A stretch of 64,000 bases of DNA from an uncultured Nitrososphaerales archaeon (lineage in GTDB: Archaea; Thermoproteota; Nitrososphaeria; Nitrososphaerales; Nitrososphaeraceae). Made by a program: the position numbers and the translations under genes. The notes below the pieces were generated by a model. That model had not been told where the DNA came from. It did not search any database and saw only the letters and a program-made list of their open reading frames with translations. Shown here one piece after another: positions 21,936 to 33,145 of this stretch; position 1 is the stretch's first letter; the number at the start of each line of letters is the position of its first letter. Location of the stretch: positions 896,001 through 960,000 of the forward strand of contig CAVOHZ010000010.1 of the NCBI GenBank assembly GCA_963695855.1, written 5' to 3'.

Positions 21936-23558
21936 TTAATAATTTGTCCTTATTTCTTGCGTTCTGGATCCTCCAATGTTTGCTCTAATCCCAGTGTAAG
22001 GATATATTTTACTATCATAATTGGATTCGTCATCCTTGAAAAGTGCCGCTACAGTTGTATTGTTATATATATTTTTTAAGCGGTCTATTTGAGTCAAATT
22101 TTCACCTTCTATTTTTGACATGACACGTTGATAGATAGAATCTACAAGAAGTATTATTTTTGATGTCCTGATCGGTTTGGTATCTCTAAAATGTGAAAAT
22201 GTATTTTCGTTGTCAAATACATATTTGTATATCCATGATGATATTGGACTTGCAATTACTGTAATTTGATCACTTTCTCGTTCATGATCTTCAATGATGG
22301 GAATAGGATCTCTTTCATGGGATTCTTTTTCTAATTGGTTTGCTATAAAAGATATGGAATAGAACTGAACATAAGATAAATCAGTTGAAATTAGTAATGT
22401 AGTATTTACAAGTCCAAATATACAGAGAGAAGAAATTATTAAAAATGAAATTATTCTATCTTTCTTTTTTAATTTACCTATCCGAGGTAAATCATGAATA
22501 AGTTTCGCTATTGCTATACATAATGGTGGTAATATCAATATGAGATGAAAATGGGCGACCCATCCTATAAAATATAGAAAAATTATATACGGCACGAGCC
22601 AGATTATTGGAACAAATTCCCTTCTTAATGAACAGTATATAGTACCTATAATTCCTAGAACCAATAATACCGGGTCGGATTTCCAGAAATCTTCTACTAT
22701 ATTAAAAAGAGAATTGCCTCCATGTCTTTCTGTTCCTTGCCAGAATATTCCATCTATGAATTCATCAAAGCGGTCTGAGACGATTGCATATGCTGGCCAT
22801 ATTGCAGGAATTACGACAACAGGAATAATGAACCATATAATCAAAATTTTAATTTTTCCACTGTTAAAAGAAAATTTATTTTCCTTGTACGGAACTTCTG
22901 ATAAGCTTTGATTTATCAAATAGAGTGCTATCGGTAGAAAACATATTGCTGGTATTTTAGTGAAGATCGCAATACCCATTGATATACCTGATAAAAGGAG
23001 TAGAATTTTATTTCTAGAAACTGAGCTAGGCCCAATTTTCAATGCCAGAAAAATTGAAGTTAGAATAAACGGTAACATAATTGAATCCAATACGATTCTT
23101 CTTGTAATCCATGTTAATGGCATTACGGCAAATAAAATCGCGGCGAAAATTGCAATGGGCCTATTAAATCGTGTTTCTGATATTTTATAAATCAAAAAAG
23201 TATCTATTACTGCAACGATGCCCATTAATATTCTTGGAATTAAATAAAGGGTTTCTATTGATTGCACATCCGCGGATGGGTCTATAGAATTTGGATATCC
23301 TATCAGTCCCAAAAAAAAGGCTAAAAATATTTGACCGAAATAAGGGTGATCAAAACTGCTTGTGGAATCCTGCGAGTGATCAAAACTGCTTGAATCATCG
23401 TGAGGACCATTTCCCTCTAATATATGTAAGGCTCTTTTTATATAAACACCCTCATCTGGATGAAAAGACGGAAATTGGGATAAATTCCAAAGGTGAGTAA
23501 AGGAGCTTAAAACTAATGGAATGAAGAGAATAATCAAATAATTTCTCTTAATTAGCAT
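21936..23558 (-). CDS. ArnT/PMT-like glycosyltransferase (GT-C fold)
   Basis: Multi-pass membrane protein; HPDEGVY, DHP.FG, R..LD, GIAIFTK motifs. Confidence 0.88.
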   Translation of the reverse strand: MLIKRNYLIILFIPLVLSSFTHLWNLSQFPSFHPDEGVYIKRALHILEGNGPHDDSSSFDHSQDSTSSFDHPYFGQIFLAFFLGLIGYPNSIDPSADVQSIETLYLIPRILMGIVAVIDTFLIYKISETRFNRPIAIFAAILFAVMPLTWITRRIVLDSIMLPFILTSIFLALKIGPSSVSRNKILLLLSGISMGIAIFTKIPAICFLPIALYLINQSLSEVPYKENKFSFNSGKIKILIIWFIIPVVVIPAIWPAYAIVSDRFDEFIDGIFWQGTERHGGNSLFNIVEDFWKSDPVLLVLGIIGTIYCSLRREFVPIIWLVPYIIFLYFIGWVAHFHLILILPPLCIAIAKLIHDLPRIGKLKKKDRIISFLIISSLCIFGLVNTTLLISTDLSYVQFYSISFIANQLEKESHERDPIPIIEDHERESDQITVIASPISSWIYKYVFDNENTFSHFRDTKPIRTSKIILLVDSIYQRVMSKIEGENLTQIDRLKNIYNNTTVAALFKDDESNYDSKIYPYTGIRANIGGSRTQEIRTNY

Positions 23559-23599
23559 TCTGATTTATTTAGACAATATGCTCTTTATATTTTATTTTT

Positions 23600-23890
23600 A
23601 GAATCATGAGAGGATGGGATACCTAGACAAAAGAAGATGAAAAGAATATACTCTTAATACTTGCATCATAAAGAATGGATAAGATACCACATAAATCAAA
23701 ACATGAAAAATTAAAGAATCATATTATATCGTATACTAAGATCAATATCCAGTTACCTCATAACTTGCACTAATAGATACTTTTTTGATTTATAAAATAT
23801 TGAAGACATCTTCTGACTTCGGTTACAAGGGAACAGAAGGGGATTTTTCACATGCAAAATCTATACTATTATTAAAGAAGAAACACAGAA
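23600..23890 (+). pseudogene. Possible highly degraded IS5 (ISL2-like) transposase remnant
   Basis: Short segment DFGYKGTEGDFSHAKSILLLKKK resembles the D.GY.G.EKDFP..S..P.KKK segment; the rest is fragmented. Confidence 0.35.
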
Positions 23891-24150
23891 TTTAATTTGT
23901 CTAAACAGACAAAATTCCGAAAATAAACATCATAAAGAATGAGTAATAATAGAACATACAATTTGTCGAATCATGCAAATTGGTATAATAGAAGGAGACA
24001 AATTGAGAACCAAACTGATCGGGCATGAAATATTTTGATATCCTATTTGTTATTGTAAACATCGGAATAATGGAGAAATAAAAACAGCAACTGTATTTAA
24101 TCATAAGAACCTATACCAAAAAATATGAAGGAAAAACTGATTTGATTTAA

Positions 24151-25530
24151 TTACGAAAGAAAATCTAATTTACTTATTTTCTTAAAAAAAATATCGTTAT
24201 TCTCAAATTTTGTATCTTGCCAAACTATAAACACGTTTGGTCCAGAGACAACCAGTGAAGGATTTAAAGCTTTTAATCCCTGATCATCTAATACAATTCC
24301 TTTACGCGAAGAGTCTTTAAAATATCCGAATGGATAAAATTCGATGGTACTTTTATTATTCGGAAAATTCGCTACCCAAATTCCAAAGAAATAATCACCT
24401 CCTGCTATCAGTTTCGGTGATTTTGTATTTCCTATAGATTCTAATATATTCGTGCCACCAAAACTCAATTTATCAGTCTTTGCATGCCTGAAGAATATTC
24501 TATTCTCCATATTAATATTCGATTTTTTTGCAGCTTGTAAATCTGTACTATTCTCATCTTGCCAAATAACATAAGTTTCATTATTTAAAAGAGCTACATC
24601 TGGAAATTTTGAAATCCCTGTAGTATTGCTTATCATCTTGGTCTTTTTAAAAATCTTCCCTGTTTTTTGACTTGCTTTAAAATATATCTCCTTATTTCCA
24701 TTGGTATCATCATCCCATACAACATAAACATTCTTCCCTGATGCAGCAATTTGCGGAAATTCTGATGTCCCGTTATTTTCACTAAGATTCTTTTTACCTT
24801 TAAACTCTTCACCGCCATTTGGACTTGCTTTAAAATATATCTCCTTATTTCCATTGGTATCATCATCCCATACAACATAAACATTCTTCCCTGATGCAGC
24901 AATTTGCGGAAATTCTGATGTCCCGTTATTTTCACTAAGATTCGTGATAGCTCCGAATGTACTTCCATTATCTAAACTAGAAGTAAAATATATCTCCTTA
25001 TTTCCATTGGTATCATCATCCCATACAACATAAACATTCTTCCCTGATGCAGCAATTTGCGGAAATTCTGATGTCCCGTTATTTTCACTAAGATTCGTGA
25101 TAGCTCCGAATGTACTTCCATTATCTAAACTAGAAGTAAAATATATCTCCTTATTTCCATTGGTATCATCATCCCATACAACATAAACATTCTTCCCTGA
25201 TGCAGCAATTTGCGGAAATTCTGATGTCCCGTTATTTTCACTAAGATTCGTGATAGCTCCGAATGTACTTCCATTATCTAAACTAGAAGTAAAATATATC
25301 TCCTTATTTCCATTGGTATCATCATCCCATACAACATAAACATTCTTCCCTGATGCAGCAATTTGCGGAAATTCTGATGTCCCGTTATCTTGACTGATAT
25401 TGGTATTATGACCAAAATAAAGGGATTCTGGTATGATGCCATAGGCCAAACCATTATAATGAGAAAAATGATAGTAAATTATCAATATCATAAGAATTAA
25501 AATTTGTAAAATTAATACCTGACAAATCAT
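24151..25530 (-). CDS. Secreted BNR/Asp-box (sialidase-like) repeat protein
   Basis: 51-aa repeats PQIAASGKNVYVVWDDDTNGNKEIYFTSSLDNGSTFG containing the S.D.G.TF Asp-box. Confidence 0.88.
   Translation of the reverse strand: MICQVLILQILILMILIIYYHFSHYNGLAYGIIPESLYFGHNTNISQDNGTSEFPQIAASGKNVYVVWDDDTNGNKEIYFTSSLDNGSTFGAITNLSENNGTSEFPQIAASGKNVYVVWDDDTNGNKEIYFTSSLDNGSTFGAITNLSENNGTSEFPQIAASGKNVYVVWDDDTNGNKEIYFTSSLDNGSTFGAITNLSENNGTSEFPQIAASGKNVYVVWDDDTNGNKEIYFKASPNGGEEFKGKKNLSENNGTSEFPQIAASGKNVYVVWDDDTNGNKEIYFKASQKTGKIFKKTKMISNTTGISKFPDVALLNNETYVIWQDENSTDLQAAKKSNINMENRIFFRHAKTDKLSFGGTNILESIGNTKSPKLIAGGDYFFGIWVANFPNNKSTIEFYPFGYFKDSSRKGIVLDDQGLKALNPSLVVSGPNVFIVWQDTKFENNDIFFKKISKLDFLS
24669..25388. 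repeat. Intragenic 153-bp tandem repeat (about 4.7 units)
   Basis: GATGTCCCGTT recurs at 24764, 24917, 25070, 25223 and 25376; three units appear nucleotide-identical. Confidence 0.92.
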
Positions 25531-25809
25531 AATATGATACTCTTCTGTAAAAGTCTGGGATATGATATTAATGTTTAAGTGAATGATCTATGTTTATTTG
25601 GTATACAATAATAACTAAAAAAAATATAATAATGATTAAAAAATTTATCCACTAATAACGAAAAAATTTATAATTAATAAATATGGAAAAATCACTGAAT
25701 AGGGTAAAATTGAGAGAAAATTTGGATCATTCTGTTCCATTCCTGTAAAATATGATCTGTTTTTTGCATCCGAAATCCTATCTTACCTTGATTACTGGTG
25801 TAATTCCAC

Positions 25810-26169
25810 TAAAAGAAAGGTATTGAAAATTCTTGTTACTGTCATACCAACCATCCATGATAGCAGGTTCTAATGGCAATGTATTTGAACCGTGTTTCCT
25901 AACTATACTTTCTGTTTATCTATAAGATATGAAAGGATGCTCACGTACCAACCCCCAATTATTTGATAAATAATCTGGGTATACGAACTTTCTACCTTCC
26001 TTGTCCTTGTTCATCTCTTATAATTCAGTATCTAGCCATCAATAACATCAAAACGAAGTAATACCTTTCCATGTCTACCAAGAGTTTATTGTATTTCTTC
26101 CAGTTCACTCTTGATTACTGGAATAAGACAGCCAGACGTGGTAGGATTAGCGAGTTATGAAACATAGCA
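25810..26169 (-). mobile_element. Internally deleted, degenerate IS5 copy
   Basis: 25970-26169 aligns with the 5' end and terminal repeat of IS 10607..11624 (AGCGAGTTATGAAACATAGCA); 25820-25865 aligns with the DGAYDSNKNFQ region. Confidence 0.8.
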
Positions 26170-26453
26170 GAAATAGATACAAACGGGTAAAATCAAATAA
26201 TGTATCTAAAAAAGTACCGGCTTTTTATTTATTATAGCTTTATAAGAATAATTCTTATGTATAAAGTTAAAAAATGACGATATTGAAAAGTAATAATTTT
26301 CTATATTGTTTTGCCTTTATACTCTTCCTTCTTCTATTTGATTATTTTACCATTAATTATGACCTATTCTTATTCTTTCTATAACCATCGCATTTTTTTG
26401 TATTTGGTTATTTACCTGAAGCTGGAGGTCTTCCTTCAGTTGAAGATCCAGCG

Positions 26454-26495
26454 GTAGAACCGTACTACATGGAGGACTCTATCTTGAACGGGCCC
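26454..26495 (+). repeat. att-like site, family D with CGGGCCC core
   Basis: GTAGAACCGTACTACATGGAGGACTCTATCTTGAACGGGCCC. Confidence 0.65.
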
Positions 26496-26658
26496 CTGCA
26501 GATATAATGCTAAAATATAAGTTAGTATATACTAAAACCTTAACAAAATGGGTTAGTCTCAAAGAATAGAAACTCCCTTTTTTAGATAAATTAGGCACTT
26601 AAATCTTCCGTGATCAAGTTACTTTGTTTAATGCTATAAAATTTTTTTGTGTACAACT

Positions 26659-26784
26659 ACATTCAAATATTAAAAAACATTCAAATATTAAAAAACATTC
26701 AAATATTAAAAAACATTCAAATATTAAAAAACATTCAAATATTAAAAAACATTCAAATATTAAAAAACATTCAAATATTAAAAA
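26659..26784. repeat. Perfect 18-bp tandem repeat, 7 copies (ACATTCAAATATTAAAAA)
   Basis: Seven identical contiguous units, intergenic. Confidence 0.95.
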
Positions 26785-26976
26785 ATAAGTGCATAATGTA
26801 TTATTATATTGATACATGTATTGGAGAAGAAAAAAATTAATTCTGAATTTGTTCTTTATTGGTAATAGTTGTAGGTGAGAAGACTGATCGTGTCGACAAT
26901 TTTTGGATGGTAAATGTAACACGCTGTATTTTATGATAAAAACAATCTTTTGCAGGTTTACTACAGAAATAATAAA

Positions 26977-28266
26977 TCATTGGGATAATGTTATTTTATA
27001 GATCTTTCCTTCACCATCTGAATCTCTATCTAACGTCAATATGTACAAAAATCCGTCTGGCCCAGTTTCAATATCTGTCATTCCACCGAAAGCCGTTCCC
27101 AGGGCTATTTCAGACATTTCCTCTTCATTGTCAGCGATTAGATCATTTAGTTCTTTTTGACTATTACTATCAAATTTCATTCCTGTTCTGTCCTTATTAA
27201 CTTCGAAGTAATAGAGATACCCATCAGTTAGGTCACCAATATCACCAACAAAAATATTGTTAGCATATTTATTTCCAAGTTTTGAGGAATTTAAAAATTC
27301 GATATCAGTAATTCCTATTGTTGGAATCCAGCTAAATACAGGATCAGCATAGTGTGATCCTGCAAACCTTACCAATTCATCTTCATTAACGTTAGTCTTA
27401 GAAATAGGGCCCATAACTTTCTTCCATCCACTGTTAAAGCCTGGTTTAACTAAATTAATTTCATCACCATATTCTGGTCCATTCTCTGTATCCCATAGGT
27501 TTCCAGTTACTGGATCAAATCCGATCCCAAAACTATTGCGGATTCCATAAGCATAATATCTTTTATTCTCCTTATCTGCAAAAGGATTACCAGGAGCTGC
27601 AGATCCATTCTCTGGATTTACTCTGAATATGACACCAGTATCATCTGGTTCTGGTCCATCTACAATATTCTGTAGTTTTCCCTCATGGTTAAGAAGATCT
27701 CCTATTACAGTATAAAGATAGTTATCAGGTCCAATGATCAATTTCCCACCGTCATGGTTTGGACCTGGAGTCGCTGGTAAATCTAAAATTAAAGTAGGAT
27801 TAACAAGAGTTCTTTCTTCTTCATTCCATTGATATTTGTAAACTCTATTCCTTAATGGTTCATTATCGTCAGAGGAAGATTCTGTATAATATAGAAATAC
27901 CGTATCTTTATTCATTATAGCAATTCCCAAAAGTCCACGCTCAATCTTAGTATTTACATCTACTTCCAATACTGGCTCCTCTTGCAAGATACCATCTGTA
28001 ACAAGCCGTACAGTACCTTCCTTTTCTAAAACCAAAATATTGTTATTATCTAGAAATGCCATGCTGGTCGGCCAAGAAAATCCTTCAACATATATTTCTG
28101 CTTGTAGATTTGGATCATTCAAAATTGGTTGTTGTTGTGCCATCGCAGTTTGATAAAAGTTTAATGATAATAAGTCAAAAATTACAATGGTTAAAACAAG
28201 AATTGTGAGAAACATTATTGTCACACAAAATGAAAGATTAAAAAATAAGTTGCCATTTTGATTCAT
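26977..28266 (-). CDS. Secreted PQQ-dependent sugar dehydrogenase (GSDH family)
   Basis: ERGLLGIA, HDGGKL.IGPD, YAYGIRNSFG..FDP.TG.LW.TENG, DEIN, GFNSGW. Confidence 0.93.
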   Translation of the reverse strand: MNQNGNLFFNLSFCVTIMFLTILVLTIVIFDLLSLNFYQTAMAQQQPILNDPNLQAEIYVEGFSWPTSMAFLDNNNILVLEKEGTVRLVTDGILQEEPVLEVDVNTKIERGLLGIAIMNKDTVFLYYTESSSDDNEPLRNRVYKYQWNEEERTLVNPTLILDLPATPGPNHDGGKLIIGPDNYLYTVIGDLLNHEGKLQNIVDGPEPDDTGVIFRVNPENGSAAPGNPFADKENKRYYAYGIRNSFGIGFDPVTGNLWDTENGPEYGDEINLVKPGFNSGWKKVMGPISKTNVNEDELVRFAGSHYADPVFSWIPTIGITDIEFLNSSKLGNKYANNIFVGDIGDLTDGYLYYFEVNKDRTGMKFDSNSQKELNDLIADNEEEMSEIALGTAFGGMTDIETGPDGFLYILTLDRDSDGEGKIYKITLSQ

Positions 28267-28387
28267 TCTAAAATTTAACCATAGGTATATAATAAATATT
28301 TTATTAATTGTGCACTAAAATTGAATGAAATCAACTTATTCTTTTCGTTTCAAGTTTGATGATATAAAAAATCTCAACGAAGTTGCT

Positions 28388-28410
28388 AAAAAGCTAAATA
28401 CAAGGTAGTA
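28388..28410 (+). repeat. Family D site truncated by IS630
   Basis: AAAAAGCTAAATACAAGGTAGTA ends at the TA target of IS630. Confidence 0.6.
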
Positions 28411-29534
28411 TACCAATTAAGATAAATATGCTTACTCACCTCCAACCAGGTAATTTCTCATATTCAGATTGAATCTTTTTGTTCTAAAATATGTAGATAT
28501 TTTAATTATGAAATCTGTAAATGAGCGATAGTATTGTAGGACAAGCAGATCGTTTTTGGCTATATTCCAGCATTCTTCCAGTACCATAAATTCTGGAGAT
28601 GCTGTTGGAAGATATACTGGAATCAGATCCTTTTTGTGTTTGTCAAAATATTGCAGTACCTTTTTTGATTTATAGTGTTGTTTTGCTTTATCCAGAAATA
28701 TATAACATTTTGGAAATTTTTTATGTATTTGTTTTAGATAATTAAGAAATGTATTTTCATCAAACCAGTCATATTGCCTGAACAGTTGTTTTCCTTCTAA
28801 ACTTGTGGCACCAAATAGAACTGACTCCTGATGATATCCATTAATTCTTACTACTGGTCTTTCATCTTTTCTTATCCAGACTCTTCTTACAAGAGAGTCA
28901 AAGAAAAAGAATGATTCATCAGTAGATACTACCGTGAATCCTTCTTGGAGATTATCCAGTATCTTGCTCTTTTTTAAAACCTTCTTTCTCTTCTTTTGGT
29001 GCAGTGTTTACATGTACTTTTCTTGGTACCTTCTGTTTGAATCCCCATCTTCGAAGTAATGTGTAAATGTAAATATGATGGTAGTGTATACCGCTTTCTC
29101 TGACTATGATATCATAAACCTGTTTTGTAGTCCATCCCTGTTTGCTAGACGACAGTTTATTTTTTATCTTGTATACTGTCTCTTCTGGTATATCTGGTGG
29201 TCTACCACTTTTTGATCTGTTTTTTAATCCTTCTATACCTTCTTCCCTGTACCTCTTTAACCAATCAGAAGCCCATGTTCTGCTTCTGTGGAGATCTCTT
29301 GCAACCTGTGCAGGAATATGTTTGTCATATACTACGTTTAACACAAGCAACATTCTTTCCCTTACACCTACATCAGATTCTTGTTTATACAGTTGCTCAA
29401 ATCTTGTTCTAGAAAGATTATTGCTCTCAATCAAATGATAAACTGTATGCTTCCTTTCTTAGCTAAATCTATTATTGTCTAAAGTGTATGACCATGATGT
29501 TAAATTAATGTCAGCATAATTATATTAATTGGTA
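28411..29534 (-). mobile_element. IS630-family IS (two-ORF, frameshifted transposase)
   Basis: Ends TACC...GGTA flanked by TA; orfA 28952..29434 (HTH) and orfB in the -1 frame with DES, LDKA and EEC catalytic residues; TTTTAAAAAAG at the junction. Confidence 0.9.
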
Positions 29535-29550
29535 TAGTATCACTATAAAA

Positions 29551-29590
29551 TTGGACTCTTATTTTTGCGCCGCTATCGGTATTATTCTCT
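29551..29590 (+). repeat. att-like site, family A
   Basis: TTGGACTCTTATTTTTGCGCCGCTATCGGTATTATTCTC. Confidence 0.72.
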
Positions 29591-29626
29591 ATATTCATTA
29601 TGGTAGAAGTTTTTGTTTGTATTTAT

Positions 29627-29812
29627 CTAATTTTCTATATTCTTGCCTTTCTTACTATTTAATATTATTGGAAAACCAAAAAGTAAAAGTAGTAAACCAA
29701 TCATTGGAACAAATATTCGAATGGAACTCTCTGTTATAGTTATAACTAATGGAATTACCAGCAAGACAGTACCTAACACCATAAAAATTATTCCTATTCT
29801 TCTCTGTTCCAA
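29627..29812 (-). CDS. Small two-helix membrane protein
   Basis: 61 aa with two hydrophobic helices; close paralogue at 50771..51007. Confidence 0.65.
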   Translation of the reverse strand: MEQRRIGIIFMVLGTVLLVIPLVITITESSIRIFVPMIGLLLLLFGFPIILNSKKGKNIEN

Positions 29813-29960
29813 TAAACTGCGTTATTTCACATGTTCTATAAAACAATATTTCATATTTGATAGAAAAGAAAAAGAGTTGTATTGAAATTTTTAGGTGATT
29901 CTATCGAACCAAATGAAGATTAGTCTATTATTGTACAATTATTTTACTTTCTAAGTTCCT

Positions 29961-30020
29961 AATGATAAAAGCTAAATACAATGTAGTAGAAGCCTACTGC
30001 ATGGAAGATTCTACTCCCGA
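29961..30020 (+). repeat. att-like site, family D
   Basis: AATGATAAAAGCTAAATACA-ATGTAGTAG-AAGC-CTACTGCAT-GGAAGATTCTACTCCCGA. Confidence 0.72.
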
Positions 30021-30509
30021 TGAACTACATGAATATGTACATGATCCCACCACTTAAAGTGATTATTCTCATTACAAATTTTAACATCTTATCTTTTAAA
30101 GATATTGATTCTGAATATTACAACAACAAGAAATTATTCTTTATTTTTTTGATTCTAATCCTCTTGATAGAATTCTAATCTGTAGAGTGCAAAGAACATT
30201 TAAGCTCTCATTTGGCCGTCATGCCATAAGGCATAGTGGCCCAAATCCATCTTATAACTATAAAATCTATATCTTCTGTTCCGCGGTTACGAAATTAATA
30301 GTTACGCAATCATGCAATTTATTATTACGAAATACACAGATTCACTTTTTTTGGTCTTGCGATATTTCAGCCCTTGCGCCACCACAGTAATTTCATTTTT
30401 ATTCTATTCTGTGATTCTTTGTGTGGTCTAAGGCATAGCAAAAAGCAGGCAAAAATCATTATAATAGGGGATAAAACTTATTAGCTGACTTATTTAAAAA
30501 TAGGTAGTG

Positions 30510-30946
30510 ATGAATTTTTTCATATTGATTGATTGTAAGTGGACTATTAGTTATGTTTTCTTCAAATATATATGCACAAAATGAACTAAATTTTCAATAT
30601 GAAAACTTTCCTAACAATTTAGCTGAAACCGTAGAAAAGGCGTCAGAAAATCCAAATAGTTCAGAAATGAAATTACTAGAATGTGTTACATATTCAAACA
30701 GTGCGGCAATTAAAGAATCACGAGAAATGTATAAGCAAACATGGTCTTAGATTCAATCTATAAATAATCGAAAGTGAAGAATTTTCTATGGATATAAAAA
30801 TAACCATAATTGCAGTCGAATGGAATGCAATAGATACTTTGAACTCACCAATACCATATCTAATTGATTTATGTGCTACATCATATGATGAAACAGGTAA
30901 ATTCCTACACGAAATAGATGAAATGGCTCAATTAAATAAGCCTTAG
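30510..30946 (+). pseudogene. Disrupted copy of secreted protein 8530..8961
   Basis: Near-identical DNA in inverted orientation; premature TAG at 30748-30750 and a frameshift after it. Confidence 0.85.
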
Positions 30947-30969
30947 AAAAAGTACACAAAAAAATGAGA

Positions 30970-31284
30970 CTAATATTGATTTGAGCTGAGAAGCCATTGT
31001 ATTAATTTGTAATTTCCCTCTAGCGTAAGCATCCAACTTACACAATCAATTTCCCTATCAATAAAATTTGCATCCTTCATTTCCATACAAGTTTTAATTC
31101 TCTGTTCGTGTGCTTCGGGTGGTGTTTGTTTAGTTTGTTTTATATGTTCATCAGTAAAGTCAGATAGTTTCATTCCTTTTTCTTCCATAAATTTAAAATC
31201 CTCTTCAGTAAGTAGGTCTACTGCACTACTATTTTGTGCCTTAGTAGAAGTGAAGGAAAAAAAGGTAATAGTTGAAACAAGCAT
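30970..31284 (-). CDS. Secreted hypothetical protein
   Basis: Signal-like N-terminus and two Cys; broken copy at 8149..8506. Confidence 0.72.
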   Translation of the reverse strand: MLVSTITFFSFTSTKAQNSSAVDLLTEEDFKFMEEKGMKLSDFTDEHIKQTKQTPPEAHEQRIKTCMEMKDANFIDREIDCVSWMLTLEGNYKLIQWLLSSNQY

Positions 31285-31413
31285 GATTATAAAGATTGAA
31301 GTAATTTTTATCTTGAACGTTAAGTGAAATTATCAACTAGTAATATTAAAAATGTTCTATGATAATGGATTATCTTTATAAAAAATTAAAAAAAATAAAA
31401 AAAATAGATTAAT

Positions 31414-31990
31414 TTAACAATTTACTCCTTCAAAATTTGGCTTACTGATTTAGATTGTATTTGCCATTTCTTCAACTATTGAAGAATATTTATCAATCTG
31501 CTTTATCGGGTTCATCAAAATTTAATTTATATTCTCTATCATATGCAATTATCAAAAGATGAAATCTGTGAAATTCAACTCCTTCCGAACTATCAGTATG
31601 AATAATTTTATAAGCAGGAAATCCGTTTATTTCTGTAATTCCTGAATCAATCAGAGTGGAACTTGGTAACAATGTCTCAAAACCTGTTTCTTCAGCAATC
31701 TCTCCAATTGAATATTTTGCAAGTCCAAAATTTTCTATTGCAATATCTAATCCATAAATGTCATTATCTGCAGATTGAAAATCAGCTATAGTTTTTGATT
31801 TATCTTCATATACATAATTATCTTCATATACATAATCTGATTTTTCACAGTCCAATCTTTAGGACATTGAATTCATATTCAACATTTTTCATTAGTATAT
31901 GTATTTTCTAATTCACAAAAGCCTTCGTCAAAGGATATTCCTAATACTAGCGATATAACAGCTACCAAAAGAATAAAAAATATTTTTATA
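31414..31990 (-). pseudogene. Frameshifted PsbP-like secreted protein
   Basis: Fragments including INGFPAYKI, REYKL and a C-terminus in another frame ending SKPNFEGVNC*. Confidence 0.6.
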
Positions 31991-32062
31991 ATATACGATT
32001 TGATCTAATCTGGTTACATAAAAATATTTATCATAATTGCCATGATATTATTGTAAATATGA

Positions 32063-32308
32063 CTATGACTCACATCCTATGCCGTCTCCATCACTATCAA
32101 ATCCATGCGGATCTGGTGACAAAACTGTAAATTTTTTATCTGAAATATCAGTACAATCAAGATCAGGTGGTGGAGACGGTATACATACATCTGGATAGGA
32201 AGAATCGCAGTTGTCAAATTGTGCTTCTGTCTTAAGAGAAGTGAAGGAAAAAATAGTTAGACTCAGCATCATTAACAATACAGAAATAATTGCTAGTATT
32301 GTTTTCAT
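32063..32308 (-). CDS. Secreted Excalibur-like calcium-binding protein
   Basis: Signal peptide plus CDSSYPDVCIP.PPPDLDC...DPHGFDSDGDGIGCE (DxDxDGxxCE). Confidence 0.85.
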   Translation of the reverse strand: MKTILAIISVLLMMLSLTIFSFTSLKTEAQFDNCDSSYPDVCIPSPPPDLDCTDISDKKFTVLSPDPHGFDSDGDGIGCES

Positions 32309-32690
32309 TGCTGGTTATAATTGAAAAGTAACAGTATAAAAAGAATGCTAAAAACTATGAAAACTTAATATTCTAACTTTGTTATATAATATACGCGCTC
32401 AAATTATTTTGGGCGTCGATAAAGTGAACGTCTGGATATACTGTCAACTATCTGGATGTTCACATATTTAAAAAAATTAGCTTGTAAATAATTACTTAAT
32501 TTATTATTGGGATTTTATAAAGAATATAGACATGAAGAGAATAGAATAATATATTTTTCTTACATTTTCTAATCTGTTCTAGTAGACAACCTTTACGTGA
32601 AAAGTTACTGCTTACCCTTTTGGTCGCTAGTTCGATTTATAATATGAAAATCAGATTTGAAAGAAAATAGTCATAATGTATTTTTTATTT

Positions 32691-33145
32691 TTACCATGGT
32701 TCTTTTTCGGTTTGTTGCACTGATTGATTAAATTCCTTAGCTAGTTTTCTAGCGTCAAATATTTGCCAGAACTATAAGCCAAAATATCCTATAATACCAA
32801 GAAAAATAATCATAGCTATGACTGGATCACCTCCGTATGATGAGAACAACCTAGAAAACAATATAAAGACAAGTATAACATAAGTGACTATACTAGAGAT
32901 TAGTAATATTATTCCTTTAGCCACCTGTCCAACATATATATGACCAAGCCTAATAAACCAAATAAACCTCCTATAATTGCTATTAGTGCTGCTGTTCCGG
33001 GACTTCTGTAAGGAAGCTGTGTTACCACAGAACTAGGAGGTCTGGAATCTTCTTGAAGATTGATAGCACATTTCGTATACGTAGAAATATCTTCATTTAA
33101 ATGAGCTGCTGACCACAATTTTTGCAGAATTTTGGTCTATTGGCC
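32691..33145 (-). pseudogene. TM2-like membrane protein, frameshifted
   Basis: RSPGTAALIAI..GL.GL(G)HIYVGQ.AKGI...WQIFDARKLA split across frames, with a stop. Confidence 0.65.

Noticed and set aside
24633-24968. Alternative-frame ORF in the BNR gene, or a DGR template/variable repeat pair
   Set aside because: Repeats are in-frame tandem units without adenine-specific differences, and no reverse transcriptase is present.
26614-26922. ORFs 26614..26922 and 26649..26840
   Set aside because: Open only because the 18-bp tandem repeat lacks stops in those frames.
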